Positions 33,411-43,000 of a stretch of DNA of 64,000 nt are shown here, in pieces. The DNA comes from Bacteroidota bacterium (GTDB lineage: Bacteria; Bacteroidota; Bacteroidia; Bacteroidales; Rikenellaceae). The notes beneath the pieces are model-generated. The model was not told where the DNA came from. It saw only the letters and a list, made by a program, of their open reading frames with translations, and made no database searches. Each line of letters opens with the position of its first letter. Within the stretch, counting starts at the first letter, position 1. The DNA is taken from positions 396-64,395 of the forward strand of contig JADFUS010000004.1 of NCBI GenBank assembly GCA_015222165.1, written 5' to 3'. The translations under genes were made by a program, and so were the position numbers.

Positions 33411-34256
33411 ATGATAAAAATAGGAGTTCTTGTAGATAACCGTATTAGTCCCCAAAGAGATTGTATGTTGCCAGAACATGGTCTATCAATATATTTTGAG
33501 GCAAACGGAAGAACATGGCTTTACGATGTTGGTGCTTCCGATGCATTTGCAAAAAATGCTAAAGTTCTTGATTTAGATATAAAAGAGATAGATACACTTA
33601 TTCTTTCTCATGCTCATAACGATCACACGGGTGGTTTATCATATTTTTTAGGAAAAAATAAAAATGCAGAGATAGTTGCTCAAGAGACTATCGATGATAA
33701 AGACTATTTTTCATTAAGTCACGATCCTATGAAAAATATATCTATTGACCATACTTTATTAAAAGATATTGGAGATAGGGTTTGTTATGTGAAAGATAAC
33801 AAATGGCTTTCAGAAAATGTTGTGGTGGTTAGAAATACAATATTTGATTATCCAAAACCAGAAGCAAATTCAGAGTTGATTTCAGTTTCTGATGGTGCTT
33901 TTTCTGCGGATAATTTTGAACATGAAATAGCAGTGGTTATATGTACAACAAATGGTCTTGTAATACTTTCAGCTTGTTCACATAATGGAGTTTTAAATAT
34001 TATAGAGTCGTGTAAAAAAGCCACTAATGAAGATAGGGTATTAGCTTTTATCGGTGGAGCTCACATTAAAGATAAACATTTTAATTGTGAAAATGAGAGT
34101 AAAAAGATAGCAGAAATTTTGCTTAAAAAATATCCAGAAACAAAGATAGTTTTAGGACATTGTACGGGCAATAAGGCATTAAAAATAATGAGTAATATTT
34201 TAGGAGATAATTTTATCAGTTTATATAGCGGGTGGAGTTGTTCTTTCCTTAAATAA
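33411..34256 (+). CDS. MBL-fold metallo-hydrolase
   Basis: SHAHNDHTGG (HxHxDH) motif with downstream His and Asp residues. Confidence 0.8.
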   Translation: MIKIGVLVDNRISPQRDCMLPEHGLSIYFEANGRTWLYDVGASDAFAKNAKVLDLDIKEIDTLILSHAHNDHTGGLSYFLGKNKNAEIVAQETIDDKDYFSLSHDPMKNISIDHTLLKDIGDRVCYVKDNKWLSENVVVVRNTIFDYPKPEANSELISVSDGAFSADNFEHEIAVVICTTNGLVILSACSHNGVLNIIESCKKATNEDRVLAFIGGAHIKDKHFNCENESKKIAEILLKKYPETKIVLGHCTGNKALKIMSNILGDNFISLYSGWSCSFLK

Positions 34257-34270
34257 ATGTAAATAAAAAA

Positions 34271-34313
34271 AGGTGCTTAACTCTATGAAAATTAGAGTTA
34301 AGCACCTTTTTTT
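34271..34313. terminator. bidirectional terminator
   Basis: 14-bp perfect stem AGGTGCTTAACTCT/AGAGTTAAGCACCT with an A-run before and a T-run after. Confidence 0.9.
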
Positions 34314-34314
34314 G

Positions 34315-35598
34315 TTATTTAGTATATCTGTCTATTGTTCTATTTATTGCTTCTTTACAGATGGGGCAAAATAATCCCGAACCGTCGAAAGCACGCATCA
34401 TGCAGTTTTTCTTTGGGCGATAAACGCCTTTTTCACTATATCCAGCACCTTCAAAAACGGCAACTTTGTTTTCTGTTTTTTCGTTTAATTGAGTAGGAAT
34501 ATCAATATTTTTGCTTAATAAAGAGTTCCATATCTCTTTTTTCTTGAAGTCGGCAAGAGTTGTTATATTCTCTTCCCAAGGTTCAACTTTAGAATTATAC
34601 ATTTCATTTGTTACGCCATTCGCTGCATATTCATCGGTAAGACCACAAATAGAGTGTCCCATTTCATGAACGTGTACCTCTCCAGCAAGTTCTTTGTTAC
34701 GTGCAGAGCCTATAGCATAAAAATTATAGATACCTCCACCTCCATATTTCAAAGTGTTTCCTAGAATATAAATTGCATCATAAGGAACGCTTCCAGCGAC
34801 CATACAAACTTCCGTATAATCTTCTATTGTGAAATATCTTTCAGAGTCAAAAGTGTAAAAGCGACCTCCAAAAGCTGTGTTACGCCAGATGTTTTCGCCA
34901 GGAATTGTCACTCCACTATCTTTTGAAGGAGTCCAAACGGCTCTTATATTAAAATCTTTACGGCGTTCTTTGTATGGTGAAAAAGAGAAAATATCTTCAA
35001 CATATTTTTTACAATCAGCAACAAAAAGATCATATTGTGTTGCGTCATATCCCTCGGCAAGTAGCACAATATCAAGTTTTTTTGAGAAATGACCATGATA
35101 TTCTAAATCTATAGTTTTAAAATCTATTTTTGCAGGAGCAATATCATATTTTTTAGGGTCTATAATTTGAGAAAAGCCTTTAATAAAATTGCCCTTTTTG
35201 TTACGTTTGTATATCTCAACACGAACTTTATTTTTAGGGGTTGGAAATTGTATTGATTCCCGAAAAGCACGTCTAGAAGTTGATGCTTCATTTGTGAAAA
35301 GCCACTCGTTGAAAAGTGTGCAATGTCCACGAGAAAAGATAAGTTTGCCAGATTTTACATCAAAAATTTTCACTAGTTGTGTGCCATATTCTTTAGAATC
35401 TATGACGTTAGATTTATTTCCTGCCCAATATGTTTCGTGTGAAATATTTGAAAAATAGTATGTTTCATGTGTATTATCACCTGCATGAAGATAATCCATA
35501 CGCAGAGCTCCACTTTCAAAATATTTATCGAATTGTGCATTCGCAGTAAAGCAAATTACCGATAAAAGTAGAGTTAAAATTAGTTGTTTTTTCATCAT
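34315..35598 (-). CDS. M64-family (IgA-peptidase-like) zinc metallopeptidase
   Basis: Signal peptide, an M64 N-domain-like ALRMDYLHAGDN, and HEMGHS zinc motif. Confidence 0.75.
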   Translation of the reverse strand: MMKKQLILTLLLSVICFTANAQFDKYFESGALRMDYLHAGDNTHETYYFSNISHETYWAGNKSNVIDSKEYGTQLVKIFDVKSGKLIFSRGHCTLFNEWLFTNEASTSRRAFRESIQFPTPKNKVRVEIYKRNKKGNFIKGFSQIIDPKKYDIAPAKIDFKTIDLEYHGHFSKKLDIVLLAEGYDATQYDLFVADCKKYVEDIFSFSPYKERRKDFNIRAVWTPSKDSGVTIPGENIWRNTAFGGRFYTFDSERYFTIEDYTEVCMVAGSVPYDAIYILGNTLKYGGGGIYNFYAIGSARNKELAGEVHVHEMGHSICGLTDEYAANGVTNEMYNSKVEPWEENITTLADFKKKEIWNSLLSKNIDIPTQLNEKTENKVAVFEGAGYSEKGVYRPKKNCMMRAFDGSGLFCPICKEAINRTIDRYTK

Positions 35599-35617
35599 TA
35601 TATTATGTTGTGTCTAA

Positions 35618-35625
35618 CAAAGATA
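35618..35625 (-). promoter_or_regulatory. -7 promoter box (TATCTTTG on minus strand)
   Basis: Exact match, 19 nt before the M64 ATG. Confidence 0.45.
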
Positions 35626-35668
35626 AAGTTTTTAGTGCTAAAAATCAACATATCTCAAAAAATATACA

Positions 35669-35676
35669 TATATTTG
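35669..35676 (+). promoter_or_regulatory. -7 promoter box (TATATTTG)
   Basis: TAnnTTTG match, 33 nt before ATG 35710. Confidence 0.45.
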
Positions 35677-35709
35677 TTCCTATGTGGAATATTAATTTAA
35701 AATAATAGT

Positions 35710-38511
35710 ATGAAAAAAACATTAATTCTTTTAATATCATTGCTCTTTATCTCTATGTCAGTTTCTGCACAAGAGATGATGCGAGTTCCAACGATGCCTA
35801 ATGATCCAGCAGTTCGTATGGGAGTGTTAGAAAATGGTATGACATATTACATAATGAAAAACAATAAACCAGCTGAAACAGCTAATTTTCATCTTGTAAC
35901 AAATGTGGGTGCGGTTCAGGAGACTGATGCTCAAAATGGTCTTGCCCATTTCCTTGAACATATGGCATTTAATGGAATAAAAAGCTTCAAGGGAAATTCT
36001 ATGATAGAGTATCTTAAATCAAAAGGTCTTGGTTTCGGATCAAATATAAATGCATCAACAGGTTTAGATGTTACACAATATTTTATTTCCAATGTCCCAG
36101 TTGAAGATAAAATGCTTATGGATTCAGTGATGATTATTCTTCACGATTGGTCGCACTATATTCAGTTAGATAAGAAAGATATTGACGAAGAAAGAGGGGT
36201 AATTATAGAGGAGTTGAGAAGTGGAAATGGTGCTGGACGTCGAGTTTTAGAGAAAAGACTAGCCGAATTTGGAAATGGTACAATATATTCTCAACGTAAC
36301 GTTATAGGTACTCTCGATAATCTTAAAGGGTTTGAACATAAACAGATACGTGCTTTTTATGATGAGTGGTATCGTCCATCTCTTCAAGCTGTTATAATAG
36401 TTGGAGATATAGATGTTGACGCTACAGAAAAAAAAGTTATAGAGCTTTTTAGTAGTGTGCCACAAAATAAAACAGCTTCTGAAAAGAAATTTTTTGAGAT
36501 TCCCGATTACGAAAAAACATATTCTAAAATATACGTTGATAAAGAACTTACATCAACAGATTTATGGATTGCTTTGCCAACAAATGAAGCAAATATAGTT
36601 CAAAATAATTGGATTCAATTTGTAGTGACAAATTTCATGTTTGATATTATTGATAAAGCTCTTTCTAAGCGTTTTGAGAAAATATCACAAAGTCCAGATA
36701 GCCCATTTAATTATGCGATGCAAGTTTCAGAGCGTATTCTACATCCACAACAACTAGCCTTAACAATAGGAATGTTGAAAGAGGGTAGAGAGTTAGAAGC
36801 TACGGAAGCTATTGCTACTGAGATAAATAGAATGAAAAAGCATGGTATAAATAAAGGTGAGTTACAAATTCTATTAAAAGAAATTTCGAAAGAGGCAGAA
36901 AGTGCATATAAGAGTCGTAATGATCGTGAAAATACTTCTTTAGCTATGGCAATGGTTGCTAATTTTACTGAGAATTTGCCTATTACAGAACCTAAAATGC
37001 AATATGATTTTGTGAAAAATATGGTTGCTACTATAGATGTTGAAATGGTTAACGATTATATTTGGAGATTGTTTAAAGATAAAAAAAGTTTCATATCTAT
37101 GAGTACTAAAGGCACAGAAATTACTGAAACTCAACTTTTAGATGCTTATAATAAAGGAATGACTGCCAAAGTTAAACCGCTTAAAGATATTATTGTAGAT
37201 TCTAATTTGCTTGACAAAAGTGCTTTAGTGGCTGGAACTATTAAAAATAGTACAGATTATTTATATGATTCTGAGGAGTTTACTCTTTCAAATGGAGCAA
37301 AAGTGATATTTAAGAAAACCGATTTAAAAAATGATGAGGTTCTGTTTTTTGCAACAAAAAATGGAGGTGCTTCTATCTTTGAAGATTCTGATTATGGTGT
37401 TTCGCAATTATTATCACAATATATGAATTACGGAATGAATGGAGTTTCGAAATACTCTTCTACAGATTTACAAAATGCTCTAGCAGGGACAAAAGTTAAT
37501 GTTACAGCTTCTTTTTATAAATATTATTCGGCTTTAAATGGTGAATGTTCGCCATCAGATTTAGAAAAATTATTTCAACTTATACGTCTAAATCTTACCG
37601 AACCACGTTTTGAACAACAAGAAATAGATGCTTTTAAAAGTATTATAAAACAACAATTTGCAAGTTATACTAATAACCCAGATATGGCGTTTTCTAATGA
37701 AATAATGGAATTTACAGCTTCTAATTCTAAGCGTTCAGGTTCTTTTAAAGAGCAGTTAAATTCTCTTGATATGTTCACTTCTAAGAAAGCTATGGCTATG
37801 TTTAACCAAGCATTTTGTGGAGTTGGAGATATGACTTTTGTTTTTGTTGGTAATGCAGATAAAGAACAAGTTCGTAAATTCTCGGAACTATATTTATCTT
37901 CTCTTCCAATGGGTGAGAGTGCTAAAATGGTTAATAGATATGCTTTTGAAAAAGGTCTTAAAAATAAAAATATTGTTTTTAAACAGCAAGATGATAAAGC
38001 TAATGTTTTAATTTCTATAGAGAATAAAATTGATGAAAACGTTAAAACTCATGTTGCATTTAATGTGATAAATGATATTTTATCTAATAGATATACTAAA
38101 ATTATCCGTGAAGAAATGGGTGCTACTTATGGAGTTAGAAATTATGATTCTTTTGAGTGGACTCCAAATGGTGAGTTTATTAATTTTTCAGCATCTTATA
38201 GCACTAATGATAAGCAAGTTGAAGCTACGTCAAAGGTTATTTTAGGGGAACTTAATAAAATGGCTGATGGTGAAATTTCTAAAGATGAGTTTTCTAAGGT
38301 TATAAGTAATCTACAAAAGAATTTCAAGATAAATAAAGAGAGAAATAGTTTTTGGGTAGATCATATTTACAACAATATTACTCGTGATTTTGATGGTTAT
38401 TCAGATTACGAAGAAGTACTTAATGGTTTAACAATTAAAGATTTATCTGCTTATTCTAAGATGATGATTAAAGGAGCAAGTATTCACGAATTGAAAATGA
38501 CTTCAAAATAA
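35710..38511 (+). CDS. M16-family (pitrilysin/insulinase-like) zinc peptidase, large secreted form
   Basis: Signal peptide and the inverted zinc motif HFLEHMAFNG (HxxEH), with a duplicated M16 architecture. Confidence 0.85.
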   Translation: MKKTLILLISLLFISMSVSAQEMMRVPTMPNDPAVRMGVLENGMTYYIMKNNKPAETANFHLVTNVGAVQETDAQNGLAHFLEHMAFNGIKSFKGNSMIEYLKSKGLGFGSNINASTGLDVTQYFISNVPVEDKMLMDSVMIILHDWSHYIQLDKKDIDEERGVIIEELRSGNGAGRRVLEKRLAEFGNGTIYSQRNVIGTLDNLKGFEHKQIRAFYDEWYRPSLQAVIIVGDIDVDATEKKVIELFSSVPQNKTASEKKFFEIPDYEKTYSKIYVDKELTSTDLWIALPTNEANIVQNNWIQFVVTNFMFDIIDKALSKRFEKISQSPDSPFNYAMQVSERILHPQQLALTIGMLKEGRELEATEAIATEINRMKKHGINKGELQILLKEISKEAESAYKSRNDRENTSLAMAMVANFTENLPITEPKMQYDFVKNMVATIDVEMVNDYIWRLFKDKKSFISMSTKGTEITETQLLDAYNKGMTAKVKPLKDIIVDSNLLDKSALVAGTIKNSTDYLYDSEEFTLSNGAKVIFKKTDLKNDEVLFFATKNGGASIFEDSDYGVSQLLSQYMNYGMNGVSKYSSTDLQNALAGTKVNVTASFYKYYSALNGECSPSDLEKLFQLIRLNLTEPRFEQQEIDAFKSIIKQQFASYTNNPDMAFSNEIMEFTASNSKRSGSFKEQLNSLDMFTSKKAMAMFNQAFCGVGDMTFVFVGNADKEQVRKFSELYLSSLPMGESAKMVNRYAFEKGLKNKNIVFKQQDDKANVLISIENKIDENVKTHVAFNVINDILSNRYTKIIREEMGATYGVRNYDSFEWTPNGEFINFSASYSTNDKQVEATSKVILGELNKMADGEISKDEFSKVISNLQKNFKINKERNSFWVDHIYNNITRDFDGYSDYEEVLNGLTIKDLSAYSKMMIKGASIHELKMTSK

Positions 38512-38530
38512 AATTCTTTAATTATAAAAA

Positions 38531-38570
38531 AACGTTGCATACTTGATTTGTATGCAACGTTTTGTTTTTT
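38531..38570. terminator. bidirectional terminator
   Basis: AACGTTGCATA/TATGCAACGTT 11-bp stem followed by a T-run. Confidence 0.85.
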
Positions 38571-39223
38571 TATAACACTCTTATTATGCTCATGCCATCT
38601 CTAAATGGCATTATAACAACCTCCACTCGGGGGTCGTCTTTAACATATTTATTGAATTTTATAATTCCTTGAGTATATGTGTCTTTAAGATTTTTAGGCG
38701 ATTCATCTATTACTTTTCCGTCCCATAAAACATTATCAGCAAGTAGGATAGATCCTTTTTTTATTGCTCCACAGTTAAAAAGCATATCATAATATTCGAT
38801 ATATTCTCTTTTGTCACCATCAATAAAAACGATATCAAAAACCTCGTTTAAGGTTGGAGTAACATCAAGTGCTGAGCCAATATGTTGAATTATTTTATCC
38901 CCATATTCTGATTTCTCAAAAAAACGTTTCGGGATATCACCAATTTCATCGTTTATATCTATAGTATGAAGCGTTGCTCCTTCTTCAAGTGCTGATGCCA
39001 TTGCAATAGCCGAATAACCAGTGAAAGTTCCAATTTCAAGAATATTCTTAGGTTTAGCCATAGCAACAATCATTTTCAATATAAGTCCTTGAATATGACC
39101 AGATAACATACGTGGTTGTAAAGAGTAAATGTTTGTTTCTCTGTCTAGTTCTTTAAGAATAGTATCTTCATCGCTACTATTTTGTTTTATATAATTTTCT
39201 AATGCTCGTTCTACTAACTTCAT
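38570..39223 (-). CDS. class I SAM-dependent O-methyltransferase (caffeoyl-CoA OMT-like)
   Basis: ILEIGTFTGYSAIAMA SAM motif and FIDGDK metal/Asp block. Confidence 0.8.
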   Translation of the reverse strand: MKLVERALENYIKQNSSDEDTILKELDRETNIYSLQPRMLSGHIQGLILKMIVAMAKPKNILEIGTFTGYSAIAMASALEEGATLHTIDINDEIGDIPKRFFEKSEYGDKIIQHIGSALDVTPTLNEVFDIVFIDGDKREYIEYYDMLFNCGAIKKGSILLADNVLWDGKVIDESPKNLKDTYTQGIIKFNKYVKDDPRVEVVIMPFRDGMSIIRVL

Positions 39224-39224
39224 T

Positions 39225-40445
39225 TTATTTATATGTTAGTGTAGATAGATTATTTTTGTTAAAGACTAAATTGGCAACGTCCATGATATCTGAAGCTGTT
39301 ATACCAAAAACTTTTTTTGTCAACTCTTCGTTGTTAAGAACATTTCCATATAGCATATAACTTCTAGCAGAACTAAGCATATAATTTTCTATGCTTTCAG
39401 AAGCAATTGTCATCTGTCCAATAAGTTGACGTTGTGCCATATGTAGTTGTGTCTTTGTGAGTTCCGTAGTCATTAACGTTTGTAACTCTTTGTCAATAAG
39501 TTCTCTACAGCGTTCAGTATTGTTTTTATCTGCGCTGAAATATATCGATACAAGACCTGTTTCTTGATACGTTGTTAGGTTAGCTTCAACATTATAAGTT
39601 AGCCCATGTTTTTCTCGAAGAAGTGACGAAAGTCTGCTATTTGCACTCGAACCGCCAAGCATATTTACTAATAATGCTAATGGAATGCGTGCTTTGTTAT
39701 CATAACTAACACTTCGTCCGCCAATCAAGCAATGAGTTTGGTAGGTGCGTTTATCAATTACTTTATCTATTCTTGTATATTCTGGAATAGTGGCTCTTAT
39801 TGTTGTGTTGTGATTTGCTTCGATAGAACCTAAAAATTTGTCGCATAGTTGTTTAAAACGATTAAATGTTATATCACCAACTACGGCGAAAATCATTTTA
39901 TCGGTGCTATAATTTTTATTTCTAAAATTGATAATATCGTTGCGAGATATCTTTTTTAGCTGTTTCTTAGTTCCTAAAATATTTCGTCCAAGTGAAGAAC
40001 CTGCAAAAATAATATCTTCAAAATCGTCAAATATTAGTTCTGAAGGAGAGTCTTTATAAGCATTTATTTCGTCTATAATAACTCCTAATTCTTTTGAAAA
40101 TTCTTTCTCTGGATATATAGAATTAAAAAAAACATCAGAAATAAGATCTATTGCTTTTGAGAAATCTCTTTTTAGAGTTGTGGCGTGTACCACAGTTTCC
40201 TCTTTTGTGGTGAAAGCATTTAATTCTCCCCCTACATTATCAAGGAGAGAATTAATATGAAATATTTTTCTTTTTTTAGTTCCTTTAAACATCATATGCT
40301 CAATAAGATGAGCTATACCATGTTCGTTAATTTCTTCGTCTCTAGTTCCAACGTTTACTGTTAAAGAAGAGTAAACAACAGGAGATTTTATTTTTTTTAA
40401 AATACATTTTATCCCTGAGGGTAATGCATATTCTTGAAATTCCAT
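39225..40445 (-). CDS. M16-family peptidase, cytoplasmic-size form
   Basis: HLIEHMMFKGT (HxxEH) motif. Confidence 0.85.
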   Translation of the reverse strand: MEFQEYALPSGIKCILKKIKSPVVYSSLTVNVGTRDEEINEHGIAHLIEHMMFKGTKKRKIFHINSLLDNVGGELNAFTTKEETVVHATTLKRDFSKAIDLISDVFFNSIYPEKEFSKELGVIIDEINAYKDSPSELIFDDFEDIIFAGSSLGRNILGTKKQLKKISRNDIINFRNKNYSTDKMIFAVVGDITFNRFKQLCDKFLGSIEANHNTTIRATIPEYTRIDKVIDKRTYQTHCLIGGRSVSYDNKARIPLALLVNMLGGSSANSRLSSLLREKHGLTYNVEANLTTYQETGLVSIYFSADKNNTERCRELIDKELQTLMTTELTKTQLHMAQRQLIGQMTIASESIENYMLSSARSYMLYGNVLNNEELTKKVFGITASDIMDVANLVFNKNNLSTLTYK

Positions 40446-40462
40446 ATTTGGATTATTCCTTT

Positions 40463-42973
40463 TTATTTTTCGCTCTTACTTTTTTTCGCTGTTACGGTTT
40501 TAACAGTTTTTAAAGCACTTTTTTTAGCAGCTGTTTTCTTTTTAGTTACGGCTTTTTTGGCTGTTGCTTTTTTAGCAGTTGCTTTCGCTGTTGCTTTAGC
40601 AGTAGTTTTTTTAGCAGAAACTTTTTTAGTAGTAGTTTTCTTCGTTGTTTTAGTGCTTTTTTTCTTAGCAGGAGTAGCTTTCATTTGTTTTTTAACAATC
40701 TCCATAACTTCTTCAAAAGGCATATCTACTAGAGTTTCTCTAATGGTTTTATCCGCTTTATAGTTTTCTCCGTCATAGTGAATATAAGCTCCCCAACGAC
40801 CATTGTGAATTTGAAGTTTTGTATCTTCTTCATAAGTTCTTAATACTTTTTCACGGTCTCTTTTACGTTTCAGCTCTATAAGTTCAATAGCAGCATCTAG
40901 CATAATAGAATATGGATCGCACTCTTTAGGTATAGATGTAAATATACCATTATGGCGTATGTAAGGTCCAAAACGTCCCAATCCAACAACAACTTTATAC
41001 TCTTCATAATTTCCTAAATCACGAGGCATTTTAAGTAAAGTTAGTGCTTGTTCAAGGGTAACCGTTTCTATAAGCATTCCTTTATCAAGGGTTGCATATT
41101 TAGGTTTATGTTCTATGTCTTCTTTATCTTCTAAAGTTTCTCCAAGTTGAACCATAGCACCAAAACGTCCCATTCTTGAGTAGACATTTTTTTCAGTTTT
41201 AGGATCAACGCCAAGTAAACGAGAATTTGGTGTTGCAAAAGAGTCTTCATTTAAAGCATCATCAACAGATTTATGGAATGAACCATAAAAACCAGTTAGC
41301 ATTTTTTGCCATACTAATTCTCCGTTAGCGATATCATCAAATTGTCTTTCAACAGAAGCAGTGAAATTATAATCTAAAATAGAAGAGAAGTGTGTTTTAA
41401 GATAGTCTGTAACTATTATCCCTATATCTGTTGGGAAAAGTTTAGATTTTTCAGCGCCAGTATTTTCTTGACGAACAACGTTTTCAATAGTGCCATTTTC
41501 ATTTAGAATAACAACTTTATACTCTCTTTTTATTCCGTCTCTGTCTTCTTTAATTACATATCCACGATTTATAATTGTAGATATTGTTGGTGCATAAGTA
41601 GATGGTCGTCCTATTCCAAGTTCTTCAAGTTGTCTTACTAACGATGCTTCAGAATATCTAGAAGGACGTTGCTCAAATTTTTCTTGAGCTTCTGCTTCAA
41701 TAACATTTAAAGCGTCACCAATGGCAACTGGAGGAAGGATAGTATCTTTATCATTTCCATCATATATTTTCAAAAAGCCTTCAAAAACAACAATTTCTCC
41801 TTTTGTTACAAAGAACATTTTGTCTTTTGGAGTTGCAATTTGTATGGTAGTCTTTTCTATAGCAGCATCTTGCATTTGTGATGCTACCGTTCTACGCCAA
41901 ATAAGATCATATAATTTTGTTTCTTGTTTTGTACCAGAAACTTTTTCTTTAGATATGGTCGTTGGACGTATAGCCTCATGGGCTTCTTGAGCACCTTTAG
42001 TTTTTGTAGCGTAAACTCTATGTTTGAAATACTCATTACCAAAGCGACTTGTCACCTCTTTATCTATAGCATTTATTGCATCATTAGACAAATTTGTAGA
42101 GTCAGTACGCATATATGTGATAAACCCAGATTCGTAAAGAGTTTGAGCTACTCTCATAGTTTGGCTAACCGAAAAACCTAATTTACGACTTGCTTCTTGT
42201 TGTAAAGAAGATGTAGTAAAAGGGGCTGAAGGTGATTTTTTTCCTTGTTTTTTATCTATAGCTCCAATGCTAAAAGCGAAGTCATGACAACTTTTAAGAA
42301 AAAGAGTTGCTTCTTCAAGAGTTTTGAATTTTTTAGATAACTCAGTGCTTATTTCGTGTGTTTCTCCATCTTTTACGACTGTAAAAGTAGCTGTAACACG
42401 GAAATAATTTCCAGCAGTAAAAGCTATAATTTCTCTTTCTCTATCGACTACTAATCGAACAGAAACAGACTGAACTCTACCCGCAGATAAAGATGGTTTC
42501 ACTTTACGCCATAAAACAGGAGAAAGTTCAAAACCTACAAGTCTATCAAGAATTCTTCGTGCTTGTTGAGCATTTACTAGTTCTATATTTATGCTTCGAG
42601 GATTTTCTATTGCTTTTATTATTGCTGAAGAGGTAATTTCGTGAAAAACAATTCTGTTTGCACTCTCATTTTCAATACCTAGAACTTGACTAAGATGCCA
42701 TGCTATGGCTTCTCCTTCACGGTCTTCATCGGATGCAAGCCAAACTTTTTCAGCCTCTTTTGTTAGTTTTTTTAATTCAGAAACTACGCTTTTTTTATCT
42801 GCAGATACTTCATAAGTTGGAGCAAATTCATTTTCGACATCTATGCCAACTCCTTTCTTCGGTAGGTCTCTTATATGACCAAAACTAGATTTTACAATGT
42901 AATCAGTACCTAATATTTTTTCAATTGTTTTTGCCTTTGCCGGCGACTCAACTATAACGAGATTTTTAATCAT
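40463..42973 (-). CDS. topA: DNA topoisomerase I (type IA) with Lys/Ala/Thr-rich C-terminal tail
   Basis: Toprim N-terminus LVIVESPAKAKTIEKILG, the DEDREGEAI acidic motif, and the ITYMRTDS active-site Tyr region. Confidence 0.95.
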   Translation of the reverse strand: MIKNLVIVESPAKAKTIEKILGTDYIVKSSFGHIRDLPKKGVGIDVENEFAPTYEVSADKKSVVSELKKLTKEAEKVWLASDEDREGEAIAWHLSQVLGIENESANRIVFHEITSSAIIKAIENPRSINIELVNAQQARRILDRLVGFELSPVLWRKVKPSLSAGRVQSVSVRLVVDREREIIAFTAGNYFRVTATFTVVKDGETHEISTELSKKFKTLEEATLFLKSCHDFAFSIGAIDKKQGKKSPSAPFTTSSLQQEASRKLGFSVSQTMRVAQTLYESGFITYMRTDSTNLSNDAINAIDKEVTSRFGNEYFKHRVYATKTKGAQEAHEAIRPTTISKEKVSGTKQETKLYDLIWRRTVASQMQDAAIEKTTIQIATPKDKMFFVTKGEIVVFEGFLKIYDGNDKDTILPPVAIGDALNVIEAEAQEKFEQRPSRYSEASLVRQLEELGIGRPSTYAPTISTIINRGYVIKEDRDGIKREYKVVILNENGTIENVVRQENTGAEKSKLFPTDIGIIVTDYLKTHFSSILDYNFTASVERQFDDIANGELVWQKMLTGFYGSFHKSVDDALNEDSFATPNSRLLGVDPKTEKNVYSRMGRFGAMVQLGETLEDKEDIEHKPKYATLDKGMLIETVTLEQALTLLKMPRDLGNYEEYKVVVGLGRFGPYIRHNGIFTSIPKECDPYSIMLDAAIELIELKRKRDREKVLRTYEEDTKLQIHNGRWGAYIHYDGENYKADKTIRETLVDMPFEEVMEIVKKQMKATPAKKKSTKTTKKTTTKKVSAKKTTAKATAKATAKKATAKKAVTKKKTAAKKSALKTVKTVTAKKSKSEK
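40466..40690 (-). repeat. low-complexity coding repeat (histone-H1-like KAT tail of TopA)
   Basis: Encodes KKSTKTTKKTTTKKVSAKKTTAKATAKATAKKATAKKAVTKKKTAAKK. The DNA shows reiterated GCTGTTGCTTT / TTTTTAGCAG units. Confidence 0.8.
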
Positions 42974-43000
42974 CTTTTGCGTAATTCTTAATATAATATA

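Noticed and set aside
40434-40763. 109-aa plus-strand ORF with striking hydrophobic repeats (AVAFLAVAFAVALAVVF)
   Set aside because: It is the antisense reading of the Lys/Ala/Thr repeat tail of topA. The repeat structure comes from the real minus-strand gene.
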